Source of the DNA: a virus
Lineage: Duplodnaviria; Heunggongvirae; Uroviricota; Caudoviricetes
Reading direction: 5' to 3' (one strand)
DNA length: 64,000 bases
Virus record (IMG/VR): IMGVR_UViG_3300023707_000001
Within the stretch, counting starts at the first letter, position 1. Each line of letters starts with the position of its first letter. This document shows, in pieces, positions 47,615-59,145 of the stretch. The notes below the pieces were generated by a model. The model did not search any database. It saw nothing but the letters and a program-made list of their open reading frames with translations, and was not told the DNA's origin. The position numbers and the translations under genes were made by a program.

Positions 47615-48421
47615 TTACGCGGCATCGATGGCACTCTGCATGCGTTTGCGGAGGTTGTTGCGCTCCTGTCGCAAAATGCGAAAAATGGTGGACATGGAAG
47701 CGTTGTATTTATCAGCAAGCTGTTTGACAGAATACTGCTTGGAGCTGTAATCCGCAAAGATTTCCGTAGCTTTTCCGCGTGCAGCAGACGGCTGGCTGGA
47801 ATGATGGCTTACCTTACGCTTTTTGTCCGTATTTACAACATTTGCCTGTACCTGCGCCTGGCTGTTTTCCGGAACAAAGCCGATTTTCTTAAGTTCTTCT
47901 GCGGCATCCAAGATAACCACTCCTCGGTTAATCGCGCGAACCAAATCGGTAATGTCCCCACCTTTTCCTGAAATTGGGTTAGTGTAGTCACCTTTTTCAT
48001 CAAGGACATACGGACCATTAATCGGGTCCTCACCTTTTTCTTCCGGGAACCTGACAAAGAAACCTTTGCCAATCTTGATTCCGGCGCTCATACAGGTGTT
48101 CCAGGCCTTCTTGGAAAGGACCGTGAATTCATCTGCTGTAGCTTTGTAGCCTTTTTCCTCAAGTTCACTCAGCGTTGCACCGCACAAGCCGTTGCCCCAA
48201 TACAGCAGCTGGTCAAACTTGCAGGCGTCGTTTACAATCTTATCCAGCATTGCCCCTGAAGCACAAAGAACAATGTCTTCTGCTTTGACGCCTTCCACGA
48301 TTTCTCCGTCTTTGCCGATAATGTTGTATTTGTTCTCGGCATAGTCGCAGGCATTAATCATACCTACAAAGGAATCGGGAAGATGCAGAACTACGTCATT
48401 AACCTCAAAAATGGTTTTCAT
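47615..48421 (-). CDS. protein with C-terminal helix-turn-helix (possible transcription regulator, 268 aa)
   Basis: C-terminal YSVKQLADKYNASMSTIFRILRQ is a typical HTH. Confidence 0.5.
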   Translation of the reverse strand: MKTIFEVNDVVLHLPDSFVGMINACDYAENKYNIIGKDGEIVEGVKAEDIVLCASGAMLDKIVNDACKFDQLLYWGNGLCGATLSELEEKGYKATADEFTVLSKKAWNTCMSAGIKIGKGFFVRFPEEKGEDPINGPYVLDEKGDYTNPISGKGGDITDLVRAINRGVVILDAAEELKKIGFVPENSQAQVQANVVNTDKKRKVSHHSSQPSAARGKATEIFADYSSKQYSVKQLADKYNASMSTIFRILRQERNNLRKRMQSAIDAA

Positions 48422-48691
48422 CGATTTTTTCCTCCAATATATTCATTTTATGGTATTAAGGGGTGATTCGCCCCTCTTACTTACAATTTTCAGTATAGCA
48501 CTTACTCGCAATTTGTCAAGATTTTTTCTTGCCGCCAAAAATTGTCTGTAAGACAAGCCTTCCGACTTTCGCTTCCAAACCTGTTTTTGATGTCGGAATA
48601 CCGGTCTTTCTGGCAAACTGGCGTTTCATATTCGTGATACCCAAAAGGGTCTTCCAGGAGAATCCGCCTTTATTCATAGGAAGTGTCTCCA

Positions 48692-49153
48692 TTACGCCGT
48701 GCGAATAAGCCCGCCGCCCGATTCTTTAATAGCAATGCCGCCATATTCGGAGAAATCTTCCTCATCTGCGTTGTAGACGTAAGCATACACTCTATAGCCA
48801 GAACGGCTGCCGATAAATGCGTCTTTACCAATCACACTGTCCTCTTCTTCGTCGTGAGACACATAAAGCACAGCAAACGTATTGCCAAACTCCATGTTTG
48901 TCTGAATGACGTGATATGGCAAATCTCCCTGCTTGCGAACATAAGCCAGTGCCGCATCGACTTCTTTTTTATAGGTATAGTTGCTCTGCGTGGTGTCGTA
49001 GAGGATGCCTACCTTTGCTGCACCGAGAGCACACCTTTCTGAACACCATACGTCATTCTCGTCTTCCTTGAATCTCTTAATCACTTCCGGGTATGCATTG
49101 AGTGTACAGAGATTCTTTAAGGCAATTTTCTTCATTTCTTCTGTGGTTAACAT
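48692..49153 (-). CDS. hypothetical protein (153 aa)
   Basis: Minus ORF downstream of nrdG. Confidence 0.45.
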   Translation of the reverse strand: MLTTEEMKKIALKNLCTLNAYPEVIKRFKEDENDVWCSERCALGAAKVGILYDTTQSNYTYKKEVDAALAYVRKQGDLPYHVIQTNMEFGNTFAVLYVSHDEEEDSVIGKDAFIGSRSGYRVYAYVYNADEEDFSEYGGIAIKESGGGLIRTA

Positions 49154-49170
49154 GAGAAGTCCCTCCTTTT

Positions 49171-49674
49171 TTACGCTACGCCTTCTTTATCCCGATTCCA
49201 GGGCAGCCACATATCACCATGACGTTCCCAGATACGCTGATTACTGCTGCCACGGAACTGGAGAGTAAGATTCCTTAATTCTTCTTTATACTCACCATCT
49301 ACCAGCACATCTACATGCTCTAACAACATCCTGTGCGGGCCATAAGTGTACCCAAGAAGCTCTTCTAATGTGTAGCCGGTATAGCACCAGATGTCTCCGC
49401 CCATTCTGTGTACTTCTTTAGCCAGTTCAAAAAACATCATCGGCTGCATGAATGGTTCGCCGCCGCTGAACGTCATGCCGTCCAGAAGCGGATTATTTTT
49501 ATATTGCTCCAGAATTTCCTCGGTAGTTGTCGTATAGCCACCTTCACTATTCCAAGTAGCAGGATTGTGGCATCCGTGACAGTGATGAGGGCACCCCTGA
49601 CCGAATACGGTCATGCGGATGCCCTCTCCATCAACTACAGAATCATCCTGAATGCCGGCGATTCTGATATTCAA
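49171..49674 (-). CDS. nrdG: anaerobic ribonucleotide reductase activating protein (radical SAM)
   Basis: GCPHHCHGCHNP (CxxxCxxC) cluster plus FSGGEP glycine-rich SAM motif; about 165 aa. Confidence 0.8.
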   Translation of the reverse strand: MNIRIAGIQDDSVVDGEGIRMTVFGQGCPHHCHGCHNPATWNSEGGYTTTTEEILEQYKNNPLLDGMTFSGGEPFMQPMMFFELAKEVHRMGGDIWCYTGYTLEELLGYTYGPHRMLLEHVDVLVDGEYKEELRNLTLQFRGSSNQRIWERHGDMWLPWNRDKEGVA

Positions 49675-49708
49675 AGTTTATCCTCCTCGTTTTTCTGTTC
49701 GCCGCGTT

Positions 49709-50296
49709 TTAGTTGACACGGCACTTTTTGAATTCTAACCCCATATCTTCTATGAGGTGGAATACAGCATCGTTGCTGGGATTCCAAGAGTTATCGATAG
49801 CGTCATACTGTTCTTTGGTGATTTCTGCAAACTCGAACCTATCACTTTCCCAGTACTTCTTCACACAAAAACATTTGTCGTTTTTTGTGGTGAGGTAATA
49901 GCAACGGGAAGCAATGTAGCCATTGGTCCTTTCCAGCAAATCGTCAAACTGAAAAATCTTATCGCTATACGCGGAGTAGTCTTTATGCTCCAGACTTTTT
50001 TCGTATTCGTGCCAGAGCGCATCAAAGATATCTTTCCAAAGCTTGCAACCGGCTTCGTCATCAATATCAAAGAATTCGCCCAGGTCACCTATCTCTCTGT
50101 CGCCATCCCAGACCTGCTCGTTGTCACTGCCGTAACCCCTGTGCATATCAATGCCGTCGTCAGATTCACAAAACAGATTCGCGTTCAGTCTTTTCCCGTT
50201 TGTCAGTTCGACCGTTCCGGACAGAAGGTAAGATTCCTCATTGAAGTCATCCCAGTGCTCCTCCCAGTCAACAACCCTTTTAACCATGATAGCCAT
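49709..50296 (-). CDS. hypothetical protein (195 aa)
   Basis: Minus ORF. Confidence 0.45.
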   Translation of the reverse strand: MAIMVKRVVDWEEHWDDFNEESYLLSGTVELTNGKRLNANLFCESDDGIDMHRGYGSDNEQVWDGDREIGDLGEFFDIDDEAGCKLWKDIFDALWHEYEKSLEHKDYSAYSDKIFQFDDLLERTNGYIASRCYYLTTKNDKCFCVKKYWESDRFEFAEITKEQYDAIDNSWNPSNDAVFHLIEDMGLEFKKCRVN

Positions 50297-51477
50297 AGTC
50301 TATTCCTCCCTTTAAAAATAGAAAATGAAAATTATGCGCCAAATGACGCAAGCCACCTATTCGGTGGTAAACAAAGAGAGGAAACACTTTTTTACACTTC
50401 GCTTATGATGTAAGTATCTAAGGGGCTCCCTTTATATACAAAGCCTCCTTCCTCACTCCAGAATACTTCATCCAGATTGATTAGCTCAGATGTTTCAAAA
50501 ACACCATGGCCATCTGTCCAGATGTATTTTCCGTCCTGTTCATAGCTATCCAGAATACCTTCGGAATCCATCCAACGGCTTCCATTCCAGACTACATTGC
50601 ATGCTTTTTTCATAGCAATCACTCCTTTTTATCTGTCGCCTCAATTGCGGCTCATCCCCACCAATGTGGGGCATAAGGAGTTATTCTTCTTTCAGTCTTT
50701 CCAGAATGGAACACCATGGTCATTTCGTTCAATATGCCCATTCTCTTCAAGAATATTCCAAGCCTGACTAAATTCTTCGCCATGGACCTCTTCTATGGAC
50801 ATAGGAAAGATACTAGGTTCTTCGTATTTTACGACAAAACAACCTACAAGGTCGCCGTAATAGCGACTTTTTTCGCTGACAATCTCAACATCTCCGTCAT
50901 ATCCGTGTACATTTTTATACACAAATAACCGACGGTATTCTTCTCCATGTTTATCTCCGATGATTCCCAATATCCGTTCTTTTTTCATTTTAGCCTCCTG
51001 TTATTCCTTTTACTCAATCTACTTATATTCGATTTGAGTTACTGAAATTCCTGCTAGGCAAATCGAAAATTTTCTGATAATATAAATATATAAGCCGCGA
51101 TGGCTTCAGTGTACCGCCGAATAGGCGGCTTGTCTCCCGGTCTTCAGGCCGAGAGCGGATTGAAACATTTTCTTTTTTTGTTACCTAACACGCAGTTGGC
51201 CGCCTTCGGGCGGTCTTTTGCGTTGTTCTGTTTTTGACTTTAATACGCCTCATTTCACCTTGGCCACTTCAATTCTGAAATCAACGTAACCACTTGTAAC
51301 GATATAACCATCAGATGTTTTACTGGCATGAGTTACCTTTCGTCCGTAGAAATCCTTGATGATTTTATCCGGCGATATCTTCTTTGCGACGATTTCCCTT
51401 TTTACAATGGGAAAGTCATTGGTAAAGGTCATCGGATAAGCGCGAACATTATACTTAAGCATTATATCTTCACCACC

Positions 51478-51891
51478 TCACTTCACTAAATACTTACCCC
51501 ACTCTTCGTTTCCGTAGCGCCTTACGGCATCAACAATTTCCCGAAAAGTTTTCTTGCCGCAATTTCTGGTTGTATATACATCCACAGCTCTTGTTACAAG
51601 TAGCTGTTCAAGCGTATATATTCCACTGTGCCATAGCACATTGAATGCTCTTGCTGAAAGATTCATCTCCTTTGTAGACGTAAGATGATTCATCCCAACG
51701 GTTCGCATTTTTAGTGCTCTGGCAGTTTCCTCTTTGCCATATCGCTTGAGGATTTCGGCCACCGTGGCATCCAGCAGATAGAAGATATCGTCGTTGTTCA
51801 GAGCTTGAACATCTATTTGCGTTCTGTCGAGTAACTGTTCTTGTGGTGTCATTACGGAACACCTCCTTTTAAGCCTGTTCCGGCTCCTCAA
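51478..51891 (-). CDS. RNA polymerase alpha-subunit C-terminal-domain-like HhH protein
   Basis: LSARAFNVLWHSGIYTLEQLL...RNCGKKTFREI parallels RpoA aCTD (LSVRSANCLK..GI.T.GDL......L....N.GKKSL.EI). Confidence 0.55.
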   Translation of the reverse strand: MRSRNRLKRRCSVMTPQEQLLDRTQIDVQALNNDDIFYLLDATVAEILKRYGKEETARALKMRTVGMNHLTSTKEMNLSARAFNVLWHSGIYTLEQLLVTRAVDVYTTRNCGKKTFREIVDAVRRYGNEEWGKYLVK

Positions 51892-52399
51892 ACGAACGCA
51901 GCACTTCTTGCAGATTGGTTCCGGTTACGATAACCGTGTTGTCCTTAAGCATACAGACAGTTGCTTTGCCGTTCCCGCGAGAGTAGTCAAACAGCATATT
52001 CTCCTCTTTGGCTTTCTTGACTATCTTTTTTGTCTGCGGCTCGCTGTAATCCGTCAACAGTAAAACATCCGTATAGGGCACGTAGGTATTGTAGCCAAGC
52101 CAAACAAATTTATTTTTACTCATATTCACCAACTCCCGTTAAATGTCGCAGCCGAGATATACGCTGTTAGATGCCTCGTCATAGTAAAGGTCATCTTCCT
52201 GCAAAGCTCGCCCGCTATACTCGTTATCGAAGAGAACGATTTTGGCATTTTTGTCCTTGATTTTTTGGAGCGCAGACATCAATTCTGCAACCGTGATAAA
52301 ATTGTCCTCATTTGCCCTCATCTCAATCATTTTACTCATTCTTTTTTGCTCCAATCTTTTATGTCGCCAGACAGCCCCGCAGGCAAGCCTGCGGGTTTC

Positions 52400-52945
52400 C
52401 TACATGAACTTTTCCTGCGGCCTTCCGGAGCCCTGGTTCGGGTCGCTTTCAGAAGGCGTTAAATCCACACCGTTATTCTTCACGGCTTCGTCGTAACACA
52501 CCTTATGGTAAGCTACTACACCACTTTTAGGAGCGACTTTAGGCGCATCTTCCAGCTGCTTATAGTCCTGGCAAGCTTCGTTGAAATCTACGATGTTTGC
52601 TTCCGGCCATTTCGTGGCAATGTTCCTTAACTCACAGTATTCGTAAATATCAACCGGTTTGCCATGATAAATCTTACGCCGTTCATAAACTCTACGCTCC
52701 GAGTCATCAAAATCAAAACAAGAGCTTATGACTTCCTCGTGGCAATTCGGGTCAGCTTTATCAACGCCATCCCATTTGTCAAAGGAGGCGTTATTGAAAC
52801 CTTCGTTTTCAAAGACCGAACCATAGCCATCAAATTTACCCTCTGCATGCCCCAGCACTTTACCATGCCGTACATGTATCAGATGGACTTTTTCTCCTGT
52901 ACAAATAGGGGTGCCACATTTGCAGATATAACTGTAATTTCCCAT
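52400..52945 (-). CDS. hypothetical Cys-rich protein (181 aa)
   Basis: Minus ORF. Confidence 0.45.
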   Translation of the reverse strand: MGNYSYICKCGTPICTGEKVHLIHVRHGKVLGHAEGKFDGYGSVFENEGFNNASFDKWDGVDKADPNCHEEVISSCFDFDDSERRVYERRKIYHGKPVDIYEYCELRNIATKWPEANIVDFNEACQDYKQLEDAPKVAPKSGVVAYHKVCYDEAVKNNGVDLTPSESDPNQGSGRPQEKFM

Positions 52946-52991
52946 AAAAATCTTCTCCTTGCTGCAATATATACTCTTACAGTATATTATA

Positions 52992-53489
52992 TCAGCTTAA
53001 CCATACAAAGTCTTTTCCGTACTCCAGACGAAGCGAATAGTCTGCTTCGTAGTTGTCCGTTACGGGCCAGCTGTTCAGGTATTCCAAACCATCGCCCACA
53101 TCCTGGACGGTATCTTCATCCATATCACTTAAAATGTCGGCTACGGTTGCAATTTCGGTATCGTCTGCGGTATCTTCTCCACTTGCCACCATTTCGGCCT
53201 GCTGGCTGGACAACTCATCGAGGTATTTGTCGACATTATATAGTCCCACCTCGGTTAAAATGGGATTTTTCTTCCCTTCGCCATTATACCAGCCCACGAT
53301 ACCAGTGCTGCTAAGGTCCAGCTTAAGCATAAGTGCCACTTCTACTTCTTTGAAGTTAGAGCTAGTTAATATAGACCTTGCTACATACCAATTATTCTGT
53401 TCGGGCTTGCGGTAAAGTGCGGTATATATTGCAAATGCTTTATCAATCGTATAAAGCCAGCCGCGCTTATCTCTGTATATTTCAGCCAT
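52992..53489 (-). CDS. hypothetical protein (165 aa)
   Basis: Minus ORF. Confidence 0.45.
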   Translation of the reverse strand: MAEIYRDKRGWLYTIDKAFAIYTALYRKPEQNNWYVARSILTSSNFKEVEVALMLKLDLSSTGIVGWYNGEGKKNPILTEVGLYNVDKYLDELSSQQAEMVASGEDTADDTEIATVADILSDMDEDTVQDVGDGLEYLNSWPVTDNYEADYSLRLEYGKDFVWLS

Positions 53490-53847
53490 TGTATTGCCTC
53501 CAAAAATCTCTTATCCGTTCCATCCCCGATTCATACACATGGTTAATGTTTCTGTTACACAGATATTTCTGCATCGCTCGAAGAGCCGGCACCACCTGTT
53601 CTTCGCGATAGTAATACTTTTTACTGCAGCCACCATGAAAGCTGAGGATTTCCAAGCCTGCTGCTACAAGTCCGTTGATATCCCGCTTCAGCAACGCGAC
53701 AGCCCACATATCTTCCATACGGGAGAGTTTAACGGACGAAATCCAGCCGGCTTCCTTTAACTCTTTTCGTGTCGTATCTTCGTCGGCTTCATAAATATGT
53801 TCTGCAATCTGTTTAATTGCCATTATTCTTCCTCCAAAACTCCTTTG

Positions 53848-54342
53848 TTATTTCTTTCGATTTAACCTATCGATACACTTCCAGACTTGATAATCCGTTA
53901 ATCCTACCATTTCATCCGTCTTGACCATTTGTTCCGGATAGAGGGCCAGAATATCGAAGTCCTCGTCATCCAATATGGCAAAAGTATCGACATTCTCATC
54001 ATAGTCGTGCGTTATAAGCCATTCCCGGATTTGTTCTCCGCGTCTATTGTTGTTAATAGGCGTTACATCCTCTATGGCCATGCCGTATTCAGCTAAACGC
54101 TGTTTGAGCCGGTCGCAAGTACCATGCTCATAACCAGCGCGCCATGATGATGACAGTATGATTTTTGCGCCGGTTTCATCTATGATTTTCTTCAAGAGCT
54201 CAAATGGCTTATCGCTTATGAGCTTCACAGAGAACCGGTCTGCAGCGGAATTCATCACACCGTCAACATCAAGGAACAGATATTTCATGCTATTCTTCCT
54301 CCAGCGCGTCGTTAATCTTATCCAGAGCATCGTCGGCTTCAA
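53848..54342 (-). CDS. HAD-superfamily phosphatase (HAD-SAK-like, RNA-repair-associated type)
   Basis: LFLDVDGVMN (DxDGV) catalytic motif at the N-terminus; small-cap HAD. Confidence 0.55.
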   Translation of the reverse strand: MKPTMLWIRLTTRWRKNSMKYLFLDVDGVMNSAADRFSVKLISDKPFELLKKIIDETGAKIILSSSWRAGYEHGTCDRLKQRLAEYGMAIEDVTPINNNRRGEQIREWLITHDYDENVDTFAILDDEDFDILALYPEQMVKTDEMVGLTDYQVWKCIDRLNRKK

Positions 54343-55259
54343 AACAAGAAAAGCCTCTGCCGTCTGAATCCTTTATCTTGATTTTTCTGCCGTCAGCCAG
54401 TTTACATTGGATGAGATAGCCATCCTGAATGCCGAGCCAATCGTTGTTCTCGATTATCTCTGCGTAGCATATATGCCGCGGATTGATGATTATGTTACCA
54501 ATTCTCATATCCTATTCCCTTCCGTTTATATGGCACTTCCTTAATACACTACATAATCACAATCGAAATGCGTATTTACGTCCGTAAATGCTTCCACCTT
54601 GACGTTTTCGGAATCAATCCCCGCGTCGCCAAAGTAGTTTTCGGCCTTGGTCTTGGCGTCGAAGCTGTCGTCTGACGCCACCAGGATTTTGAAGTTGTCT
54701 GCGCTCGTGGCTACATAAAGCCCTTCAAGGTCTGTGATTTTCATATAATCTCCTCACATTCAGAATCGATGCCTTCCAATACACCGCAGTCAATATCGGA
54801 GATATCGTCCTGCAGCTCCTCTTCAATTTCGTCGAAGTCTTTGCCTTTCAACTCTTCTGGGATATCTAAGTAAGCATACCCCGTTATCTTTACTCGCATT
54901 TTGTCTTTATGCATTTACTACTCCTCCTTAAGCAACCATCACATCTACAATGTAAGTCGTGCCGTTATCTTTCAGCTCCCATTTGCCTACATACTGTTCT
55001 TCGGCGTCCGAGCACGCAACCTCAACTCCGTTCTCATCAAACAGTACGGCTTCTGCCCAGGCCGTATTGCTCGTGCTCGAGTCAAACTTGACGCCGCAGC
55101 ATTTAATGTCCATCGAATAGCCATTGGGGAAGTTCACGTAATTTACAATTGTGCTGTCCTCTCCAATAACCATGTCTTCCTTGCATCTCGGCTCATGGGT
55201 TAAGGCATAATTGATAAACTTTGCTTTTTCCTTGCTAATAGTTATGCATTTTGCGTAAG

Positions 55260-55667
55260 TCATAATGCCTCCTCCAGTCTAACAATACTGTTTCCTTGTT
55301 CACGGGCCCTAACATATGCTTTATCTCTTATCATTGCATCTATGAGCCTCCATGTCGCAATGCCGCTGTATCTGCATACCACGCAGTTTACAATATCCTT
55401 CAGCTTCTCGTCAATTTCTTTTTCTTTGACGTTGATTATCGGGGTACTGGCATAGCAACTATACTCATAGTACACATCAGGCACAATCGGCCCAAAGTCC
55501 CAAGCACAAATATCGTCGTCAAACGCCGGCACAAACCGGCGCCACAACGACTCTTTCTGGATAAAGAAAAGCATTGCCTGCAGCCTTAGCGGGGTCAAAG
55601 CTGTATGATACTTTTCGCTGGCGGCAACAATAGTGCCGACCAAATCACTCGCCTTAACCCGGTTCAT
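55260..55667 (-). CDS. Panacea (DUF4065)-domain-like protein
   Basis: AWDFGPIVPDVYYEY resembles the Panacea W..GPV...Y core; weak. Confidence 0.35.
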   Translation of the reverse strand: MNRVKASDLVGTIVAASEKYHTALTPLRLQAMLFFIQKESLWRRFVPAFDDDICAWDFGPIVPDVYYEYSCYASTPIINVKEKEIDEKLKDIVNCVVCRYSGIATWRLIDAMIRDKAYVRAREQGNSIVRLEEAL

Positions 55668-56842
55668 TTACAATTTCCTCGACAAACTCGGTCAAACTTT
55701 CATCGTCGTCATCAATGATGTCATCCGGCACATAGAAGAAAATCTTTTCATCTACAAGCCGCGCTTCATCGGATACATAAAAGCCTTCCGCATTATGAAG
55801 AGATTTTTCTAAACTTTCCACACTGACAAGCATTGCTCCAAAACCAGGAATATTCAGCAGTCTCGTTGGATATTTCTTATCGTTAAATTCAATCAATGTC
55901 ATCACCACCAATTCTGCAGAGCCAAATCCGTTAGAATTCTGCGTTCCAGCGAAATCCTTACGTCTGTTGCGCAAAAGTTACGCGGCACAAATAATGTCGG
56001 CTGCAGCTTCCGAAGATTTTTATTTTCTGCTCCAAAAATAAGCATATGCGCCTCAATAGACTCATATGACTTATGATAAGTCTTATTATCTAATAATCGC
56101 TGAGCATCAAAGTTCATTCTGTCCCGCTCTTGAAGCATCATAAGCGTTGTTTGCTTTCCAGAATTTATTCTCCAGATGAGCGGGTCTAACCACCTAAAGG
56201 GCCTTTGCGGGTCATAAGGATTTTTTCTGCGAACTGAGTCCCAAAAAAGCTTGTAAGCTGGCATCCATTCTGTCATTGTAACAACGCTCCCATCATTTCA
56301 GGACAAATCAATACTCCGGTATCTTCTACATGGTCGCACAAAATAGCACCCAACTTCAGTAAACTTTCTATTGTGATGTTCTCTGCTCTTTCGACCGCGA
56401 TGATGTCTGCCCTTTGGCCACATAAAGCCATAGGCAATGTCCGCGTAATAGGCATACAGATAATCGTATGCGTTTCTGTGGAAATATCTATTTTGTTGCG
56501 AATACCCTCAAGGAGAACCAGCGCCCTGCTATGAGGGCGCGTTGTATTGAGTTCAGTCTGAACTTTCTCAATAAGTTCTTTATAAGATACATCGTTAGGC
56601 ACGTTTACAATTTTCATTGCATTTCCTCCAGACCTCATGAGCGTGACCGGTTAGCAATATCCGCGCGGCAATATAAGCTCTTCTGCGTTTTGTCTTCATA
56701 TGGATATAGAGAGGAGGCCGATTGTATGCTATCATTCGTCTTGTGGCTACTGCTAAAGCATTTACAGCTATTTTTCCAAAGCAGCAATGTTTTCTCTTGA
56801 GCTTCAAGATATCCAATCTGGCGCGCGTTTTCCATGATTTTA

Positions 56843-57235
56843 TCATTTCGGCTTACCCTCCGGTTCTTCGGAGGATTTTATAATCTTCTCGATAGCCTTT
56901 AACTGCTTAAGTGTGAGCTTATGACTTCCTCCGCCCCAACCAAAGAATTTTTGAAGCTCTTCGTGAAGTCGGCCTGCTTCTTCTCGGTCCTCGATTTCCT
57001 GCATCGAACAAAATGCTAACCAATTTGAGTTGTATTCGGATTCACCTCGTAAGGTGTTCTTATCAAATCGGCTACCTTCTTCGCCTCCGAAGTATACGCC
57101 CTCAATTTTGACGTACAGGTATTTTCGGCCAACCTTTGTTACGACCCCCTTACGAACATCCGAACCATAATAACGCGCGAGACTGCCTGTAGGAATAACG
57201 TACAATTCCTGTCCCGCTTCTATTTTATCGCTCAC
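56843..57235 (-). CDS. hypothetical protein (130 aa)
   Basis: Minus ORF overlapping the ligA start by 4 nt (translational coupling). Confidence 0.45.
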   Translation of the reverse strand: MSDKIEAGQELYVIPTGSLARYYGSDVRKGVVTKVGRKYLYVKIEGVYFGGEEGSRFDKNTLRGESEYNSNWLAFCSMQEIEDREEAGRLHEELQKFFGWGGGSHKLTLKQLKAIEKIIKSSEEPEGKPK

Positions 57236-59145
57236 TTTAGCATTTCCTCCAATTCTTCCGGGCTGATAAGAGTTGTACCCAGTTCTCTGGCTTTTTTGGC
57301 CTTAGAACTCTGGCTATTAACATCAGCGATAACCAGGTAATCTGTCTTGCTATTAACAGCACTGCCTTCTTTGCCGCCCGCCGCTTCGATTTTCTCGACA
57401 TAGTAGCTGCGCGGATGAGCCATCTTGCCGGTCAGCACAAATACTTTACCGACAAATTCGCCCACCACAACGTCTTTCTTCTCATAAGACGCAATAGTAA
57501 CATAATCTTTCAAGTCACTGACAGCTGACCAGAATTCATCTAAAGCAATGGTCTGTGCGGCCACAGGGCCAATGCCATCAATACGCTGCAGTCTTTCAAC
57601 GACACCGGAGCCTGTGCAAGCTGTGCACAGTTCATCAAGGCTGCCATATTTATCAGCCAAAATCTTACCGATATTGTTTCCGATTCCTGGAATGCAAAGA
57701 GCTTTAATGAAACGTGGCAATTCAACATCTTTACGAGCTTTCTGAATGGCGTCGCAAAGTTTCTGCGCGGATTTTTCTGCAAAGCCCGGTAAATCCTTGA
57801 TAGCGGAAACGTCCATAGCGAAAATGATATTCTGCTTATACTCCTTGGAAGTATCCGGCCACTTTTCGACAATCTTGCGGGCGGTCTGAATAGACAGGCC
57901 GGGGATGTCTAAGACATCTTTCTGCCCCAGGAATGCGATATTCTGTGCGATGCGTTCGGTACAGTCGGGGTTCGTGCAGAACTGCTGGCCATTAACGGTT
58001 TTCAGCGGGCCACCGCATGCGGGGCAAACGTCAAGAACGATGTCTTTGTCGCCCGGTTCAAGCACCTCACCCAGCTGAGGAATTATCTCATTTGCCTTGA
58101 AAATTGTGACTTTAGCTCCGATTTTGAGTCCCAGCTTGCGAATTTGCTCTGCGTTATGCAAGGATGCTTTTGTGACCGTAGCGCCGTCGATTTCCACGGG
58201 GTCTACGATGGCTACAGGCGTTGCTTTGGAGCGTCCCATCTGCCAGATAACATCGCGAACTACCGTTGTGAATACAGTTCTGCCCGGTTTCCATGCCACG
58301 GCATTCTTGGGATGATGCCCGGTATTGCCGAACTTTGCCAAGCTATTTTCCTGACAGCTCTTGATAACAATACCGTCAATCGGGAACGCACCAATGCTAA
58401 CTATATCTTCATACACCTGTTCGATACCAGAGACAGTATCTTCAGGTGTTTCGTAGCTAAATCCATCTGTGAATCTGAACCTTGTGCTTAGCATAATTTC
58501 GGTACGCATTTTCTCCGGTGTCATATCTGCACCAGGTATGTCATACACAATATATGTCAGCAAATCCAGGTAAGGACTGCGCTCTTTGCGACGTAATAAT
58601 CCGGCCGCCGCATTTCTCATATTTTTCATCGGTTCTTTGCCGTCCGCTTCTAGCATCCGGTTAAGCATTTCGAAATTCCCTGGCGTGATAAATACTTCGC
58701 CACGAATCGGATAACCGCTATCGTTGACATGTGTGCCTTCATAGTCGGGGATGAAGTTGGGCAGAATTTCCCCTACTTCTCCACCAAGGCCACGAGTCAC
58801 GAATTTACAGGAACCGTTTTTGTTCGGATATGCTACTATGGTGAGTCCATCGTATTTCGGCTGAACCTCTACCGGCCACAGCTTCTTAATCTGTGCCTTA
58901 AGGTCGCTCTCATCGTCTACGCCCTTAGTCCACTTACCCAAAGATGTGACCGGCGTCGGGTGCCGAAATTTTTCAAAACCATCTACGGCATTGCCGGGGA
59001 CATAGTTCAAATCCTCGGCACCGTACTGGTCAATGTAACTACGGCGCAACTGGTCGTACTCTGCATCAGACATGGACGGATTGTCCAGGTCATAATATTC
59101 ATGGTCAGCCTGTTTGATGGCCGACAAAAGCTCTTCTTTGGTCAT
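57232..59145 (-). CDS. ligA: NAD+-dependent DNA ligase
   Basis: Ia domain (YYDLDNPSMSDAEYDQL), adenylation motif KYDG, Zn finger CPACGGPL..C..C, HhH repeats and a C-terminal BRCT domain (VFVLTGKM...TDYLVIAD). Confidence 0.9.
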   Translation of the reverse strand: MTKEELLSAIKQADHEYYDLDNPSMSDAEYDQLRRSYIDQYGAEDLNYVPGNAVDGFEKFRHPTPVTSLGKWTKGVDDESDLKAQIKKLWPVEVQPKYDGLTIVAYPNKNGSCKFVTRGLGGEVGEILPNFIPDYEGTHVNDSGYPIRGEVFITPGNFEMLNRMLEADGKEPMKNMRNAAAGLLRRKERSPYLDLLTYIVYDIPGADMTPEKMRTEIMLSTRFRFTDGFSYETPEDTVSGIEQVYEDIVSIGAFPIDGIVIKSCQENSLAKFGNTGHHPKNAVAWKPGRTVFTTVVRDVIWQMGRSKATPVAIVDPVEIDGATVTKASLHNAEQIRKLGLKIGAKVTIFKANEIIPQLGEVLEPGDKDIVLDVCPACGGPLKTVNGQQFCTNPDCTERIAQNIAFLGQKDVLDIPGLSIQTARKIVEKWPDTSKEYKQNIIFAMDVSAIKDLPGFAEKSAQKLCDAIQKARKDVELPRFIKALCIPGIGNNIGKILADKYGSLDELCTACTGSGVVERLQRIDGIGPVAAQTIALDEFWSAVSDLKDYVTIASYEKKDVVVGEFVGKVFVLTGKMAHPRSYYVEKIEAAGGKEGSAVNSKTDYLVIADVNSQSSKAKKARELGTTLISPEELEEMLK

